This document shows positions 22,437 through 36,878 of a DNA stretch of 64,000 nucleotides, one piece after another (position 1 is the first letter of the stretch; every line of letters begins with the position of its first letter). The notes below the pieces were generated by a model. The model worked only from the letters and a program-made list of their open reading frames with translations. It was not told the DNA's origin and did no database searches. Origin of the DNA: Microthyrium microscopicum (taxonomy: Eukaryota); assembly GCA_010405405.1 (NCBI GenBank), contig MU004236.1, positions 1,742,070 to 1,806,069 on the forward strand, read 5' to 3'. The translations under genes were made by a program, and so were the position numbers.

Positions 22437-23893
22437 GCTGAGGCGACTATCTCAATAGCGACATGGAACGCCAAACAGTTTCTATAGGTTCAATCAGACC
22501 AGTGATTTGAAGGTGGAGAGAAAGATGCTCGGTTATCTATAAAGATGTTTAAAATGAATCAAGGATCATAAGATCAACTCGGCTCATCTAATTACGCCGG
22601 TGGGAAGGCGAGCGAGCAACGGCCTTTAAAGATGTTTGCATTTTGCAAAGTAGTTTGTGGAAAAATAAATCAACTATCAAACTTCCTCGGAGACATCACG
22701 ACCTGCTAAAAGAATTGAGATCAGCATACTACAATTTTTGGCTATTCTGCAGAAAAAGAATACATGTCCGCGCCTGGAACAATACGACCAATGGACGAAA
22801 AGATTCATAACGTATGAACTGAGTTTGAAGTTAATGAAGATGGGCACGGTTGGTGAGTGGCCCTCTGGTTGTTCAATGTTTACCAGATGCCTGTCCTTAC
22901 CTATTAGCCAATCACAGACACGAATCCTCAGCCTGATAGCTGTTTGGCTGCGCATAGTGGACGGAATATACAGCTTGCCTACTGTAGTTGCGATGCTTTT
23001 AGACACATTCCTTGCAAAATCTATATTCGAATCGTTATATAATACCCTTGCTATATTAAAACCCCTACCAAATTTGTCGACCAACCGATTGACAGAAGCA
23101 GGGGAGCAATCTTGTTACCTTGTTCGAAGGATTCCATACCCCAGACAAAAATGACCCTTCCGCCAGGTACATAAAGACTTGATATCTACCTCGAACTACT
23201 TCGCCAGCCAACATTTAAACATCTTCTGAAGCAAAAAATATGATCACGAAAGGCAAAAAGAAAACGTACAGCAGTAGGGATTCTCACGTGGTCACCCACC
23301 GCAATACTAATCTACCGGTTCGAAGCTTAAATAGGGCGGAGCGGACGGGACGCCTTGTATTCTTCGACCTATGGCCGTACGTGAAAGAAAATCGTAAGTA
23401 GCTGGTACATATAGCATTATATCTCAGAGCATAGTCACGGCCAAGTCTACCACCAGGCTCCACCAGATCAATGAGTGATGATGCAGACTATAAAACAAAA
23501 AACTTCAGACACAAAATAGGAACATTATTATGCTTAGGATGAATTACATCGGAAGGTTCCAGGTACAAGCTGTCGTTGGGCAGTTTGGGGAAATATCGTG
23601 AAAGCCGTAGCCTGACCAGAAGAGAGACTGAAATAAGAAATGAGAACAGCGTATCTCCAATCTTTATTCCTTAAAATAGGATAGTCTGATGGCTTTGATG
23701 AAAGGGCGTACCAAAAGTTACGACAGCTAGTACTCAAGTGAGCAGTCAGAACCTAATCATACTTTCCAATTACAAGTACTACTTCTTAGGTCCTGAAGTG
23801 CCTTCTACATGCCATCAACTGGGAAATTTTACTTGAGCAACGCTACTGCATTGGAAATATGTGTCTAGGGACCTAGGACTGGAAACAACTTTA

Positions 23894-25059
23894 CTACTTG
23901 TGGAAGTTGTCAATTGGCGCTTCTGCTTCGACTCCTTTCCAAAGCTCATTCACCCGCTCAGCAATCTTGTCGTCCAATGGCCCGGCACGGATATACGCAA
24001 TAGTTTGCTTCGTCTGTTCCTCATTCTTGGCACCAAAGATGATTCCATCACCCTCTTTCAGCGCAGAATGATACGTGGCCCAGCGGTAGGCGAGCTCAGC
24101 CTTGGAAATGTCTGCATCTTTCGCGATGACCTCCCACTTATCGAGTGCATCAAGATAAGTTGGCTTCACGTACAGACCGTGGTACAATTGACCCACTGCA
24201 TGGGTCGAATTGAAACGACCGGCTCCTGCCTCAACCTGGGACCGAGTTTTAGCGAGGAAGCCGCCAGCGATGGGGCTGTAGATGTTGTAAGCGATACCCA
24301 GTTTCCGCAAGGTTGGAAGAAGCTCGCTTTCGGATTTGCGGCCGACAGCAGAGTAGTTTCCTTGATAGAACTTTGGGAGTGGGTATCCCTTGGCTTTGGA
24401 AATGTCGTAGACTTCCTGGACCTGGGCGGGGGTGTAGTTGGATAGTCCTAGGTACTTGAAGGCGCCGGCTTTGTAAAGCTCATCTGGAGGTGTGTCAGTT
24501 GCCGAACTGGTGATTTGGTTTAGAGGCAAGAGCTATGCTTTTCCACCTTTTCACAAGCAGTGATAGTAGAGTTCAACTTCATTGATATACTTACTGGAAG
24601 CCTCGAGCTGTTCTTCAAATGGAACCTTGGTGTCAGGAGCATGAAAGTAGAGAATGTGGACCTGTTTAGTTTGGAGTCTGAAGTCATTAGCGGCCGTGTG
24701 AGACATGGTTGATATGAAGCTTCAGGCGGCTTTTGGGACCTTCCCTATGACCTGGCTTACCTTTCCAAATTTCCCTTTCCACCAGCAATGATTTGGTCTT
24801 TGGTTCTTGATTCGCCAAACCCTCCTGGGAGTTTGGTATCGACCGTGAACCTTTCGGTAGCTTTGTTGTAGGCAATCTCTTCCTCACTGCCGGGGTAGAT
24901 TTCTGCAGTATCAAGAGTGGAAATTCCCTCCTTCTCAAGAATTGCTAGGATGGCTTTGGAATAATCATGAAACGAGTCGTAGCCTTCTGGAGCGGCCAAA
25001 ATGGAGGAGAGACCGCCGCCACCGTAGATGATCTTGATACCGTTAGATGTAGTTGCCAT
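23894..25059 (-). CDS. Aldo-keto reductase (aflatoxin B1 aldehyde reductase/AKR7-like), multi-exon
   Basis: LDTAEIY, DTK, LYFHAPD, LGLSNY, YQGNYS, YSPIAGGFL motifs across three exons. Confidence 0.92.
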
Positions 25060-25709
25060 TTTGTTGGAATTAAGTGTGGAAAAGTATGAACATGCAGCGT
25101 CCACAGAAGCAGATGTCAGATGTATTTAAAGGAGTAAGGTTGATGTGATTATCAAGGATGATTAGCAATAATTACCACAGAGTTGCTTGTCTCCATGGCG
25201 ATCTTCGGAGTTTAGGGAGGGGAAGCTCTGCTAGATAATGGACCAGTTGTTTGCTTGCAAATGGCCCTACCTCTCAACCAAACAAACTTCCTTTTACATC
25301 TCACAAGAATGAAAGCTCTCAACACAAGAGCTAACCATTAAGCCCAATCGGAACCAGCTAATAGCCTACATCCACGTATGAGAAAGATCCAAATCAATCT
25401 TTTAATTTTCTCAGTAGAAGACACGATAAGTCGGTCCTTGAAACACCGTCAACTCAATTAATGAAATGGAATACTTCCATCAACACCAATGGCCTGCAAC
25501 CGTGTTCAAATCAGTTGGAAACATTCGATGTTTCCCAAACCAATCGACAAATTGTCCAAGCATTGACGCCGTCTATGGCAAATAAAGCACTCAATTCCAG
25601 ATTGTAGCTGATGGGGAGCATAGTTGATCAGAATTCGGATGAGCCATTTTTGGATAGGTACCTAAGTAGACGTTGGCACTATTTCCCAAAGACTCGACTA
25701 TCTTCCTAT

Positions 25710-27523
25710 TCAAGATTCGAAATGCTGATCGCAAACCTTTTGGAAGTATCGTAAGGTTGCCCCTTTATCGAGACACAAGTTGACATCATACTTGCTAGTC
25801 GAATCCACTGCCTGATCGAAAAGCGACCTAGCGAACACACGATCCTGGTCTGATTGCCTGTCGGGACGTGAAGATTGATATCTTTCAAAGCCTCTGGCAT
25901 AAGAATCCACTACCTCATCGAGATATATTTCGCGGATACGTGATAAACAATGGCCTCCATCTTCGTCCTCTTCATGTTGATCTTCTCCATCTTCGCCTTC
26001 TTCATCTCGGTCCACTTCATCCTGGTCTTCCTCTTTTTCGTTTCGAACTTCTTCATCCTGGTCTTGGTCTTGGTCTTGGTCTCCTTCACCTTGATCTTCT
26101 TCATCTGAGTATTCTTCTTCTTGCTCTTCTTTGAACTGCATGAGCTCGACAACAGCGTCATTGATAGCTCTAAGATCCGCTTCGCTAAGTCGATCGCTGC
26201 ACTTGATAACCAATGTCTCTAAGTAGCAATTCAAAGAATATCCAAGCCACGTAACAAAACTGTCCTGATTGCTGTTTTCAACAATGCCGGACAGGCGACC
26301 TTCGTAGCCTAGGAAAATATCGAATATGTCTAAAGTAAGAATTCGAATTGAACCCATATGCTGGACCACCTCATCGGGATCAAATTTGGAGCAGCGATAT
26401 CCAGTCAACCAGCCTGGTTCGTCACTCCAGAGTAACGTCTCTAAGGTCGATTGAGGCGTATCTTGCGCTAAAATGCCAATAGAAATATCGAAGTCATTAA
26501 ACTCGCAATCCTTGAGAATAAAGGTTTTGAGACATTTCGCGCTCGCTAGAATGGTGTTGACTGCATATTTGACTTCTCCCCCTTGTGCAAGTTCTAGGAA
26601 CAAATGTTGCACTGTTGATGATCGTTTGGGCAGACGTAAATCAGCAGCCCATGTTCCAGCTTCGGCTGCCGCTCCATGAAAAGCGAGCCCCCTCAGATAG
26701 ATTGAGCTGATATTGGGCAGAAGAAACACTGATGCCACGTTCATTGCATCAATTTCTGACACTGGTTCAGAGGGTTCAATGGGGCTTCTAATAATTATAT
26801 GCTGGAGACATTGGAACCCAGGAGACCAGAGAGGTTGAGGATCGATCTCAAGTGTAGCTCGAATGATATTGGAGAAGAGATTCTGATTAGACTGCTCGAT
26901 GTAACCTCCACTATTGGAAGTCAGTAAATTCACTTGCCAGTATCAGCAATTTGTATTCCCCGTTGAGCGACTTACTATTTCTCACTTTGCCTCCACAATT
27001 CATCATTGGTCTCTTGCTCCCTTTCTTCATCGCCAACGGCCACAGGGAGAGGGTAGTTCTCCAATTTAAGTGTGTGAAGCCCTGAAGAAAATGCAATCAG
27101 AGCAAACTGAAGTGCCTCAACATTTCCTTCTCGTATGCGCCGAAGGGTGAAGGCAGGTATGCCGTTCGCAGTCATAGCGGCATTGACAAGTCTTGTAACA
27201 GCCTGAAGGCTAGACTCGCTCACAGCATCAATAATTTCAGTTGTGCTATTATATTTCAGCTCGAGAGTCTGGACGTGCCATGCCGCAACGTGGTCAAAAG
27301 CCACAGTGCTAAGAAGATCAACTAGACCGACCCCATTGTTATCCCTGGACGTGCCAAAAGACCAATTTCGAAACGATCGACTGCATTTCTGATGGTTTTC
27401 CAGAGTGCTTTGAGACTGATTGAAAATTTTTTTGTTTGTCAAAGCAAAGTTCAGATGATAGGCCGGGTCAAGATAGCGGTAAATACTCTGAACGAGCTCC
27501 AAAGGAAGAGAATCAATGCCCAT
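25710..27523 (-). CDS. F-box domain protein with leucine-rich region and acidic tract (2 exons)
   Basis: N-terminal LPLELVQSIYRYL F-box signature; intron 26975..26911 (GTAAGT...CTGAC...AATAG) joins the two ORFs in frame (K-Y-G-G-Y); D/E/Q-rich tract incl. (GACCAA)n repeat near 26060. Confidence 0.75.
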
Positions 27524-28957
27524 AGCAAATGTCCAATAATACTTCTGATACTGCATTACGCAGATAGTGGGCGTTGTCTGGCCGCAGTAAAAGTATTTGG
27601 CTAGATTTTGATGTGGTTTGTAGTGTCTCCGCAGGGTGATTTAAGTGGTGATATCAGGTCATATAATAACTTTTTAATGAAGACGACCAGACAGCTAAAT
27701 CCTACGAAACCTACAAATTAGCAGGTAGCCTACCAAAATCGACCTCCCAATCATTCTATTTCCAACTTCAGGCAAAATTTTGTTCTCTCTACGAAAATCT
27801 GAGTGGTTAGAGAGATTTGCAGCTACTCAATCGTTTCTCACATTTGTGTTATGCTTCTGTTGTATGCCCTTTGCGCATTGACACATGAACAAGATTTGCG
27901 TCTTCAAGCGATTTCTAAAGTGTGGTGATACTACTCAGTATTGGCCTTGTCTGTGAACTTGCTCACTCCTTGTAATTGCTCAAGATGCCATATCCATTGG
28001 AAGTATCTTTCTCAATTCTTACTTACAAGACTGTCGAAACTAGCTTCCAAGTAGAAGTAATTCATCCACTCACCAGACAAGGTCCATGATACTGGGCGTA
28101 TATCCTGGGAAAAAGATACCCTTGATAGATAGCCAAAGTAGCAAGAGAGAAGCATAAACCAAATCTAAGACTTCTTATGCCGGCCGGTCGTTGATCCTCC
28201 CTGTAGTAAGTCTCGTCCACTCCACTGAGACCCGCGCTGAAAGCCACATTATTGTCAGCGCGGTAGGCTTCCAGGACATCTAGTACCGGTGTAAATTCTG
28301 TTGTTATATGAGATTAGCTGTGGAAAGACAAGGCAAATCATCCTTTTGGTGTTTACCATTTACTGGGTTATATTTCTCATCAATAATAGTCAGCTATAAA
28401 ACTTGCTACACTTCCGGCGAAGGTATCCGCACGTATTCATCAACAGTAACGTCAAGCGGTTCACCTATGTGTTGTGGTAGGCCTTACTTTAATCTTTAGG
28501 AGCGGTGAAGAAATGCTTGTTGGCCAAAAATGTGTGCCGCCTTATATTCATTCAGAAACCCGCTTGATTCGTTAAACCTCTCTCAATGTATCCAATGACC
28601 ATCTGATCCACTGTTCTGGGATATACAGCTACGTGCGTTCAGGAGATCCACCCTAGTCGAAGACTGATCTAGATCGCCACTTTCTATGATCCAACCGCAT
28701 TAGCTCAATAATGTACCAGCACGCGCTCCTTAACGAAAACTGCAGCAAGAATAACACGCAGCACGAATACCGATACAAATCATCTCAAACTGAGCAGTAT
28801 AGCCTCCTCTCTGAGGTCTCCTTTTACACTATCTACTTCTTGATCTAGAGCTCAACTTCTGCGCTCAATACTGGATATCTGAGCCGTGCAGGCTTGCTTG
28901 CTTTCTGCATTCCTGCATCGCCAGGCCATCAGGCTATTAAACTTGATCGGACGTGCG

Positions 28958-30825
28958 ATGCCTTATTACGGAAAAATCAGTTTAGCGTGCAGTTTATGTA
29001 GAACCAGAAAGATAAAGGTATTCAAGATATTCTCAAACTCATTTGGCATCATTGCTAACATAACCTTTCATCTAGTGTGACCAGTTACGTCCGTCATGTT
29101 CCCAATGTCTTAGGATAGTGAGTCCCCCAGCGCAAAAGTGTGGAAGTTGTCTCTCGACCCTGAACTCAGAAATTTGCTGCAATGTGCTCCATCGAGAACA
29201 AGGGGATGCGTTTTGACTGACACTCTACCGTGACATATCTGCAACAGCCTAGGCAGGATGTTGAAAGACATAACAATTCAAAAAATGTCCTTGGACTAAT
29301 AGGTCACAGTCAGCCACATGCACTGGTTACCGCGATCCAAAATCGACAGTCTTTCGACACTACAGTTACATTACAGAGAAGCGGAAGCCCCTTCCCGAGA
29401 GCTTCGAATCTGCGGATAGTGATATTGAAATGGCCCTGAAGTCTGTCACCAAGTCCCATCGACTAGATGGGTCGTTGTCAATCTCGACGAACGACCTGGT
29501 CACATCGCTATTCTACGGCTACTTCACAGTGGGAGGATCACCCACTGGTCACCTTTTCACCTCATGGCTCCCGAAGAACATACCAAACACAGACAATGAC
29601 GCCTCGTTAGCTGCATTTCGGGCCACTGGTTATGCGCTACTCTTCGCTATCACAAAATCTCAAGATCAGCTCGCTATGGCAAGGCAGAAATATAGCAAGG
29701 CTCTGTATCTTACTCGGCAGGCTCTTGAAAGCCCAGACACATCACAAACATGTTGGATTGTCAGAATTATTTGTAAGTATTTCTCGTCTTAAACCCTGTG
29801 TAGCAATATCTCAACTAATAAGCCAGTACTGTTGAGCCTATTTGAGGTTTGAAAGATGGTCTTCTTGATTCATTTGGAGACTGATATCTAGTAGACATTC
29901 GCCTGCACATCCTATGCCTCACTGCTTATGGTTCACCAACATTTTGCAGGGGCCGCCGCGTTACTACGTACTCAAGATTTATATAACAAGGAAAATCCAC
30001 TTAGCAAGGACGAGCTACAGGTCTTTTTACTTCTGCGAAGGCGCTTGGTATGCTCTGATCGATCAACATCGTTGCTAGTCACTAACCAAACCGCAGGTGG
30101 CTACTAGCCTTATGCGCAAAATGCCAATCGCCACAGCAGTGATTCGCTGGTCGGAAGCCGTAAAAAAGATCATGACACCAGACGAACTTTGGTCTTCGGA
30201 ACTCTGGGATGGCATTGCGCAATTGGCTAACCTTCAAGCAAAACTGGCCACCAATCAACCGGCCAACTATGCGAATTATATACAGCCTTTAGAACAACAA
30301 GATCGCCACCTAAGCACGTGGGCTAACAGACTGCCGCAATCGTGGAGATACGAGATCCGTAGTCGGCAATTCAAAGACGAGGACTATCCGACCTACTACT
30401 ACAAATACATCGACTACAATGTCGCACTAGATTGGACCCATTACCGAGTCGCGAGGTGCATCATACATCATACAATTTTGAAATTCTCACAGACAGCAGA
30501 CGTCACTATCCCATCATCAATTCTTTCAAACCAGATTGTTAACTCAGAACGCATCATACAGTCCTTATGTGATGACATATGCGCTACTGTTCCATACTTC
30601 CTTCGGCAAACCGATCAATCAAGCAGCTCCAAGCCAGGGATCGACGCACTTGACTTGGTATGGCCACTTCACATGACAGTTAATATGGACTGTGCTCCAT
30701 TATCTCAGCGTCTTTGGGCACAAGGAAAATTGCAAGAGATTGGGGAAACCATGGGCATTTCGCTGGCCTCTCAATTAGCAGCTGTTCTGAAGCCAGCATG
30801 GTTACAAGTCAATGCCAACCGATAG
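28958..30825 (+). CDS. Zn(II)2Cys6 fungal transcription factor, multi-exon
   Basis: ACSLCRTRKIK|CDQLRPSCSQCLRI|SATCTGYRDP binuclear cluster split by two introns; downstream fungal TF domain exons (LLSLFE, HFAGAAALL, DDICATVPYFL, VWPL). Confidence 0.88.
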
Positions 30826-32093
30826 ACATACTAACGGGCCTGCCCCATCCATTGTGCTGAGTCATATACGATCGCGTTCTGCTTGAGTGCTTTACTGTCA
30901 CGCAGTGCGTTATCCCTAGACATTTATTCGAACGCAATGGAAAACATAATACCTTGTGTTTTGATGGCGACCGTGGGAATAAGCGAAGCTGATGGGAGCA
31001 CGCTAATTTTTTTCTCCCTCAGTTGAACACTGCTTCAAAATCAGGAGTGTTTTTCCCATGGCTAGAGATATTCTCTGCATCCACATAGTCATATCAATAT
31101 TCATGAGAGTAATGTTGCATATTCCAAGCTTTGGGAATAACATAGAAACTGACCGATGCCCGATCTGGGTTCAAGAGAAAATTCAAGCAGCGTTCCTCTA
31201 CTTTACCATGCCTCGTACTCTCCCTATTGAATATCGGTAGCCATCAGAAATACACGGTTTCGCCCGAGCATCCTCGATCAAAGTGCTCCTTCCCGACCCA
31301 ACTTGCCCACTATCCGCAGCCTGCATCAACCAGCACGCCATTGGCCGAATGCTTCCTTAGCGCCACAAGGCTGAAACACATCACGCACAGACGTTAAATT
31401 CCAACCACATCTATCAAAATCTTCGGCGGCAATACAGCGGCTGTTTGGTATATTTAGGTTTGCTGGGAATAGCTAGCCTATCTTTCAAGCTGTAAAGAAC
31501 CAGGGTAGTTCTTTGGGTCTCGAAAAGGTCGGACGATGGGATAACAAGCAAGACAGGCAAGGTAAATTGATCGTGAAACGTTTAGATTCATGCTGGTCTA
31601 AGTATATCTCGTGCTATAATAATCGTATCCTTGATGCGGACCGGTTTGGTATCCTTCCTTCCTCTTGCATGCCCTTGTTATGCTTCAAAACAACATGCTA
31701 TAATAATAACTAGCAGTTGACATTTTGTGGGGGAGTGTAACGCCAACGTTGGAGTGCCTTGCAGCCTCATCCTTACATTCTGTTGGAACCTGAAGAAAAC
31801 ACACCGATGGTAATAGAAATAAAAACTAGCATTGAAACAGACTTGCCTCGGTGGGGAATTTGAAAGAAAAAACAGGAAACGTGAATCATGCTCGGCTATA
31901 AGTTCAAAAAGAAAAGAAAAAACAAAACATGGAAAGACATTACTTCGTAGCGCTCATGATAAAAGGTGTGAGCGAGGCTGAGGCCTCAGCCTCGCAGTAG
32001 GGAGCTCTTTGTTGTGATTGGCGCGTAATCGTAAAAGACGTGTTGTTGAACCTTGGATTTGGTAAGAGGGATTTTGGCTTCGCCCCCAAAAAG

Positions 32094-34968
32094 CTAAAAC
32101 ATGCCGCCATAATGCTCCATCATACTGGTACCGCCGAGACCAGCATAGTTGTTAGCTGTAGGGTAGCCGCCATTTTCAGAAGCGAGGGCGATGCGCATGT
32201 TGATTGGTAGGCCCAAGATATCCTCGTGTAAATCGTGGACTTGGCGTAGATCATTGTCTTCGGTGGTGTAGTGTGGTAAGGCATACTCGGAACAGGTGCT
32301 TTGGGACGAGTTGGTGGAGAGATCATTGGTGGAGGATCGGTTGCTGGTGTCAGAGGAGGCTTCGAATTGGCTGTTGAGGGATTGGGTGCTGTCGCAGGCA
32401 TAATCTGAGTGTTGGTGGTGGGTGCTTGTAGAGCAGAGGTCTTCAAAGTTGGCGAAGCCGAAGCTGTAGTCCTGGGTGTGGTCGTGAAAACCATTTGGGC
32501 CATTTAGTCCTTGCAAACCTAGGCCGTGGAGTTGCATTCCAGATTGGCTGGGTGTATCCAGCTGAGGGGTAGAAAGTGCGGTGTTGCTGAGTTGTGGTGT
32601 TGAAATTGGGGTTGATGCCGGGGAGGGTGGTTTCCTTGAATTGATTTCTGCGCTATTCATGTGCGAATCATGCTTTGAGCCTTCAAATGCGAGCTTAGAG
32701 ACGATTAAATCCGCACATGAGACAGTATTCGGCGTTGGTTCTGTCAGTTCAACTTTGACATGGGATATCGTTGTGGAGTCCTCGACAATTGGTTGTGAAT
32801 ACTCTGTTGAAAGATGACTCGAATCCCGCTGCTCAGCCTGATTGTCGACTTCCATACCAATACGCAGAGCAGTAAGTGGTCTGGACTCTGTTGATTCACA
32901 GACCGGTCCTTCAATGATCTGCTCTACCAAGCGGTCTTTCGTTACAGTTCTTGGCGAAACTGCTGCTGAAGCGCATGGATTTTCCGTGGTTAAGCTGGAG
33001 GTACCAAAGGCCTCACTGAAGATGGGAGGCTGCTCAGTTGATTCAATAGCTGTAACGGGCTCTTCGTTCTTGGCATCATCGTCGGTAATCTCTTCGACTC
33101 TGTTGTCAGGCACCCCGATAGAAAGTCTTTTGGAAATGGTAGGTCGTCGTCGTTTCGGTGCATCCTTTGCAGGCTTCTGGGACACTTGACACTACTTCAT
33201 GTCAGTATGATCTTTTCTACGATTTTAGATACTTCGATGGACGACCTGACTTACCTTGGAGACATGGCGAAACCACGTGGTTGGACCTTTCTTCTTGCTG
33301 CTCACCAAGCTCAACCACTCGCCACATTCGCCACACAAGCCCTCCCATGCGTCAACGTTTCCTTCAACCTGGGATAAGTTAGCATTTTAGTTGCAGATGA
33401 ATACCTCAGCAATCATGGAGGCATATGACAAGAAGAAAGCTCACCCTTCGAACGTGGTCTGGTGCCGCAAACGCCTGCCCCGTTTGGGCACATACACCAT
33501 GAGTAAACGACTTATCGTACCAATAAGCCGAGTTCTTCAGCACGAGCCATCGTCCAGGTTTGCAAAGACCACACCAGCCCTCCCTCTTATTACCATGACC
33601 TCTGACCCAGCGTGGAGTATACAAATCGCCATTCCATCGGAGTTCTTGCTCATGTGGAACAAGGTCCGGGTCTGTAGTCTTCATGTCCTCTTCTGGTGGG
33701 TCAGATGGTGGTTCCTGAAGTGAAGCAAATAGGTCCGGAGGGTCAGGGAGGTCTGCGTAGTGGCCACCAAAGGGGTTCATCCGATCCGAAGCTAGTAGAG
33801 GAAATAGAGCTTGAGAAGGTAACTGGCGTGGAGGTTCTGGGTAACCAACACCCCACATCATGGTTGATGGAATCGCTCGGTGGGAGTATGCGAGATTTTG
33901 ACCAGGGCCGGCGAAGGTGGTTACGCCACGGTCATTAGATACTGAAGTCAGTCCGTTATGTGGATTCAAAGGTGAGAGACCAATATATGAGGAATATCGA
34001 TTTGGTTGCTGATATGGGACCATTTGAGGGGTTTGAGCAGGCACATTCATGCCTGTTGACCATCTTTGCCGTCGATTACTGTCTCTTGTGTATGGAGAAG
34101 TGCGCATGTTATTATGTGGAACTGGTGAGGCACGAGATCGTGAGCCTGGTCTCATTGGTGGTGGACACGGCGATTCCATAGGTGAAAAGGTTCGCTGTGA
34201 CAAGCGTTCTGTACTGCTCCAGTCTGAATCGGAAGGATATGCCATCTCTGGTGTGGTGAGTCGAGTTGTTGCGTATGTGGAGTTTGATACTTGTGATGGC
34301 CGCCTTGAGTCAATATCTGAATGAAAGGGGTTATCGTGGGTTTCTTGTTCGCAATGGCCCATTCTTCGAAGGTCGACAATTCCATTTTCTTCATCGACCG
34401 CTGATAATGGAAGTGGTAAGTCTGTCATCTCAGAGTCGTATGAAGACATGTCCATTGAGTTTGGGCTCTTTTGTTGCCAAGGTCCTATATTTGTAAGATG
34501 GTGCTTTATTTGCTAATGAAAACTAACCTTCGAGAGCTTGATGAGGATGTACCATCTGTGGAGGCGGCATGCTAAAGCGATTTATATTTGGTGTTACAGC
34601 TAGACCTGTAGGCCGCGCTCTTCGGGCGGTAGCCATGTTTAACAAACCACTTGATCCCCATGTAGAATATGCTTGACTGGTGAATGGTGAATTCATTATG
34701 TTGGATGTAGGTGTGGTGGCTGAGTGGGAACTGGCAGGGTAGGATGTTGCACTGAACATGATTTGCGTATTTGGCGCCCCCGCTTGAGCTGCCTGAAAAC
34801 ACTGCTGTTGACCTTGAGGCTGTGAAATTGATGGTGAAGAATACACATCGTTTCCATTTAATCTAAAAATGCGAATATCGGTTAGTTAACGGTCAGTATC
34901 TGAACGGGGCGTAGACCATCAAGATCTAGCCAAGAAAGACCTTACTGCTGAATTGCATTGAATTCCAT
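32094..34968 (-). CDS. Rua1/Meu26-like transcription regulator (Rua1 C-terminal domain), 5 exons
   Basis: GDLYTPRWVRGHGNKREGWCGLCKPGRWLVLKNSAYWYDKSFTHGV, then WEGLCGECGEWLSLVSSKKKGPTTWFRHVSK|C; all exons join in frame via GT-AG introns. Confidence 0.85.
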
Positions 34969-36878
34969 ATCTACGAGGTCGTGTTCATCTGCGCTTAAAT
35001 GTTAGTAAAGCTTGATTTTCTTCATAGAATAGCTTCCAGAAACGGAGCCTTGCACGGGGCGAACAGCAAGGGGTACGGCAACGTACATGACGAACAAAGA
35101 GAGAAAAACGGCCCTCGTCAACGGTCAAATGATAAGATATCAGGTGATACAGATAATCTCTCCGTATAAAGTATGTCATAGGGCGCCTTATGGGGCGCAA
35201 ATGGTGGGATAATATATAGTATCTGGTGGACGGAGCTGGGAGAGAGATGGCTGGATTCGGAGGACAAGTCGAAGAATGCAATTGATAAGGCGAGGCTTCA
35301 GAAGGAGTGAACACCTTGAGATAATAGACAAAGCTTAGGACGAAGGAGTGACAGAGCTAAAGGGGGAAGGACAGCCGGGGCAAACAAGAGGGGCCTAGGC
35401 GAATAATAACAGACGGTTAACGGGCAGAGAGGAGACCGAGTCGGAAGGACAAACAGGAATAGAGGACGGATGGGACGTTTTGAGAATAGACACCTGTGTT
35501 GGAAACTGGAAAAGGATCTTGGTTAATGATTTTAGTTTAGATATGTTCAGTCAAGCTTTGACACCAGCCCTCTGGGCTCGCGGATATGTAGAGGTTTGCC
35601 ATCTCAATCAGAAGGCTGACTGCCCTCAAATCAAGCCGTTTCGGGGTGGTTGAGCGTCAAAACGAGGCTATAATAGAAAGTGAGTTAGGTAGATAGTAGC
35701 GATAGTAAGTTGCTAGGGGGTGGTTCAACAGATGTGGAGGGGGTATGTTTGTTGGTCGCGAGGGGAAAGAATTCCAGACGGATAGAGAACAAAGTGATGC
35801 GCACAGCGAATGAATCCAGGTGGACAGGGATGTGATGAGATTGATGAGACTTGAAACACAGAGAGCTGCTTCAAAAGCGCGTCGGCGAGTGCGACAACCA
35901 TGTTGCATGGCCGAAACTCTGAAACCAACTGAGAGAGCTTGCAGCTGCAGCAGCACAGACAACGTGCAGATTTACAGGTTTGCAGATGTACAGATGTGCA
36001 GCTAAAGCAGAGAGCTTGATTGAAGAAGCAATAGAAGACTGGTAGACTGAATCAATTGAAATAATAAGATGGTTGGTGATATAAAGATGAAGATCTGATG
36101 TCAAACTTGGGGTTAAAGGGGGCCAAGCAGACCGCGCTAAGGGGGTTTCTTGCCTCCCAACAGCAATATGTGGCGTCTGAGGGGCAATAGTTGGCAAAAT
36201 GCTCCAGATTCAAAAAAGAGTCGATTTCGAGGGCCAAAACGACCACCAATGAGAAAAATACAAATTCGTCGAATAGCTAAATTTAGAGTTGAAGATAGAC
36301 GCACGCTCGCGGAAGCTCTCAGACTGGGGGAAGGGGAAAGGCACGAGGGCGAAAAGTGCGAGGGACTAGGGTACAGTAACTGGCAAGCTCCTTCCTACGA
36401 TCAGCGCTGAGACAATGTCAAATCATACAACAAACCAAGATTCATTTTCCTTCTTCGCCGCATCTTTGCATGCTGTAATGGTGTTGACCCCACGAACTGA
36501 CAAGTATCAGTCGTTGTTGAGTGCAGCAAGCGCCGGCCTGCAACGGAGAGCCTCGCTGCGCGGTTATAAACTTATAACCTGCATATTGGCCCCACCACCA
36601 ACTCCAGCAAAGAACACAGTGTACGCGCCCTTGGATTCGAGTTTTAAGATAGTAACCGGACCCGCTTCTTGCATGGCCTGCCAAAAGACCTCTGCCCTGA
36701 GCCTCATCTGTCAACATGTCCAACACGTTGATCGACCTGTCAACCTTCATCACCAACCACGAATTGTAGACCAGCGCTCAGTGCCAACCCTGTTGGTGAG
36801 GGTATGCCTTGGTCAGTTCAAGTGACAAATTGCTTATGTTGAAGGGAGTATTTGCCTGCTGCAATATATCCAAAGCAT

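Noticed and set aside
22677..23154. Two overlapping opposite-strand ORFs of ~135 aa
   Set aside because: Non-ATG starts, no recognisable motif, located in the tyrosinase upstream region.
26911..26977. TAG ending ORF 26975..27556 as another premature stop
   Set aside because: It overlaps a canonical donor (TA|GTAAGT); splicing gives TAT (Tyr) and restores the frame.
33255..33370. Possible frameshift in a Rua1/Meu26-like exon
   Set aside because: Careful re-reading gives GEWLSLVSSKKKGPTTWFRH in a single frame; no shift.
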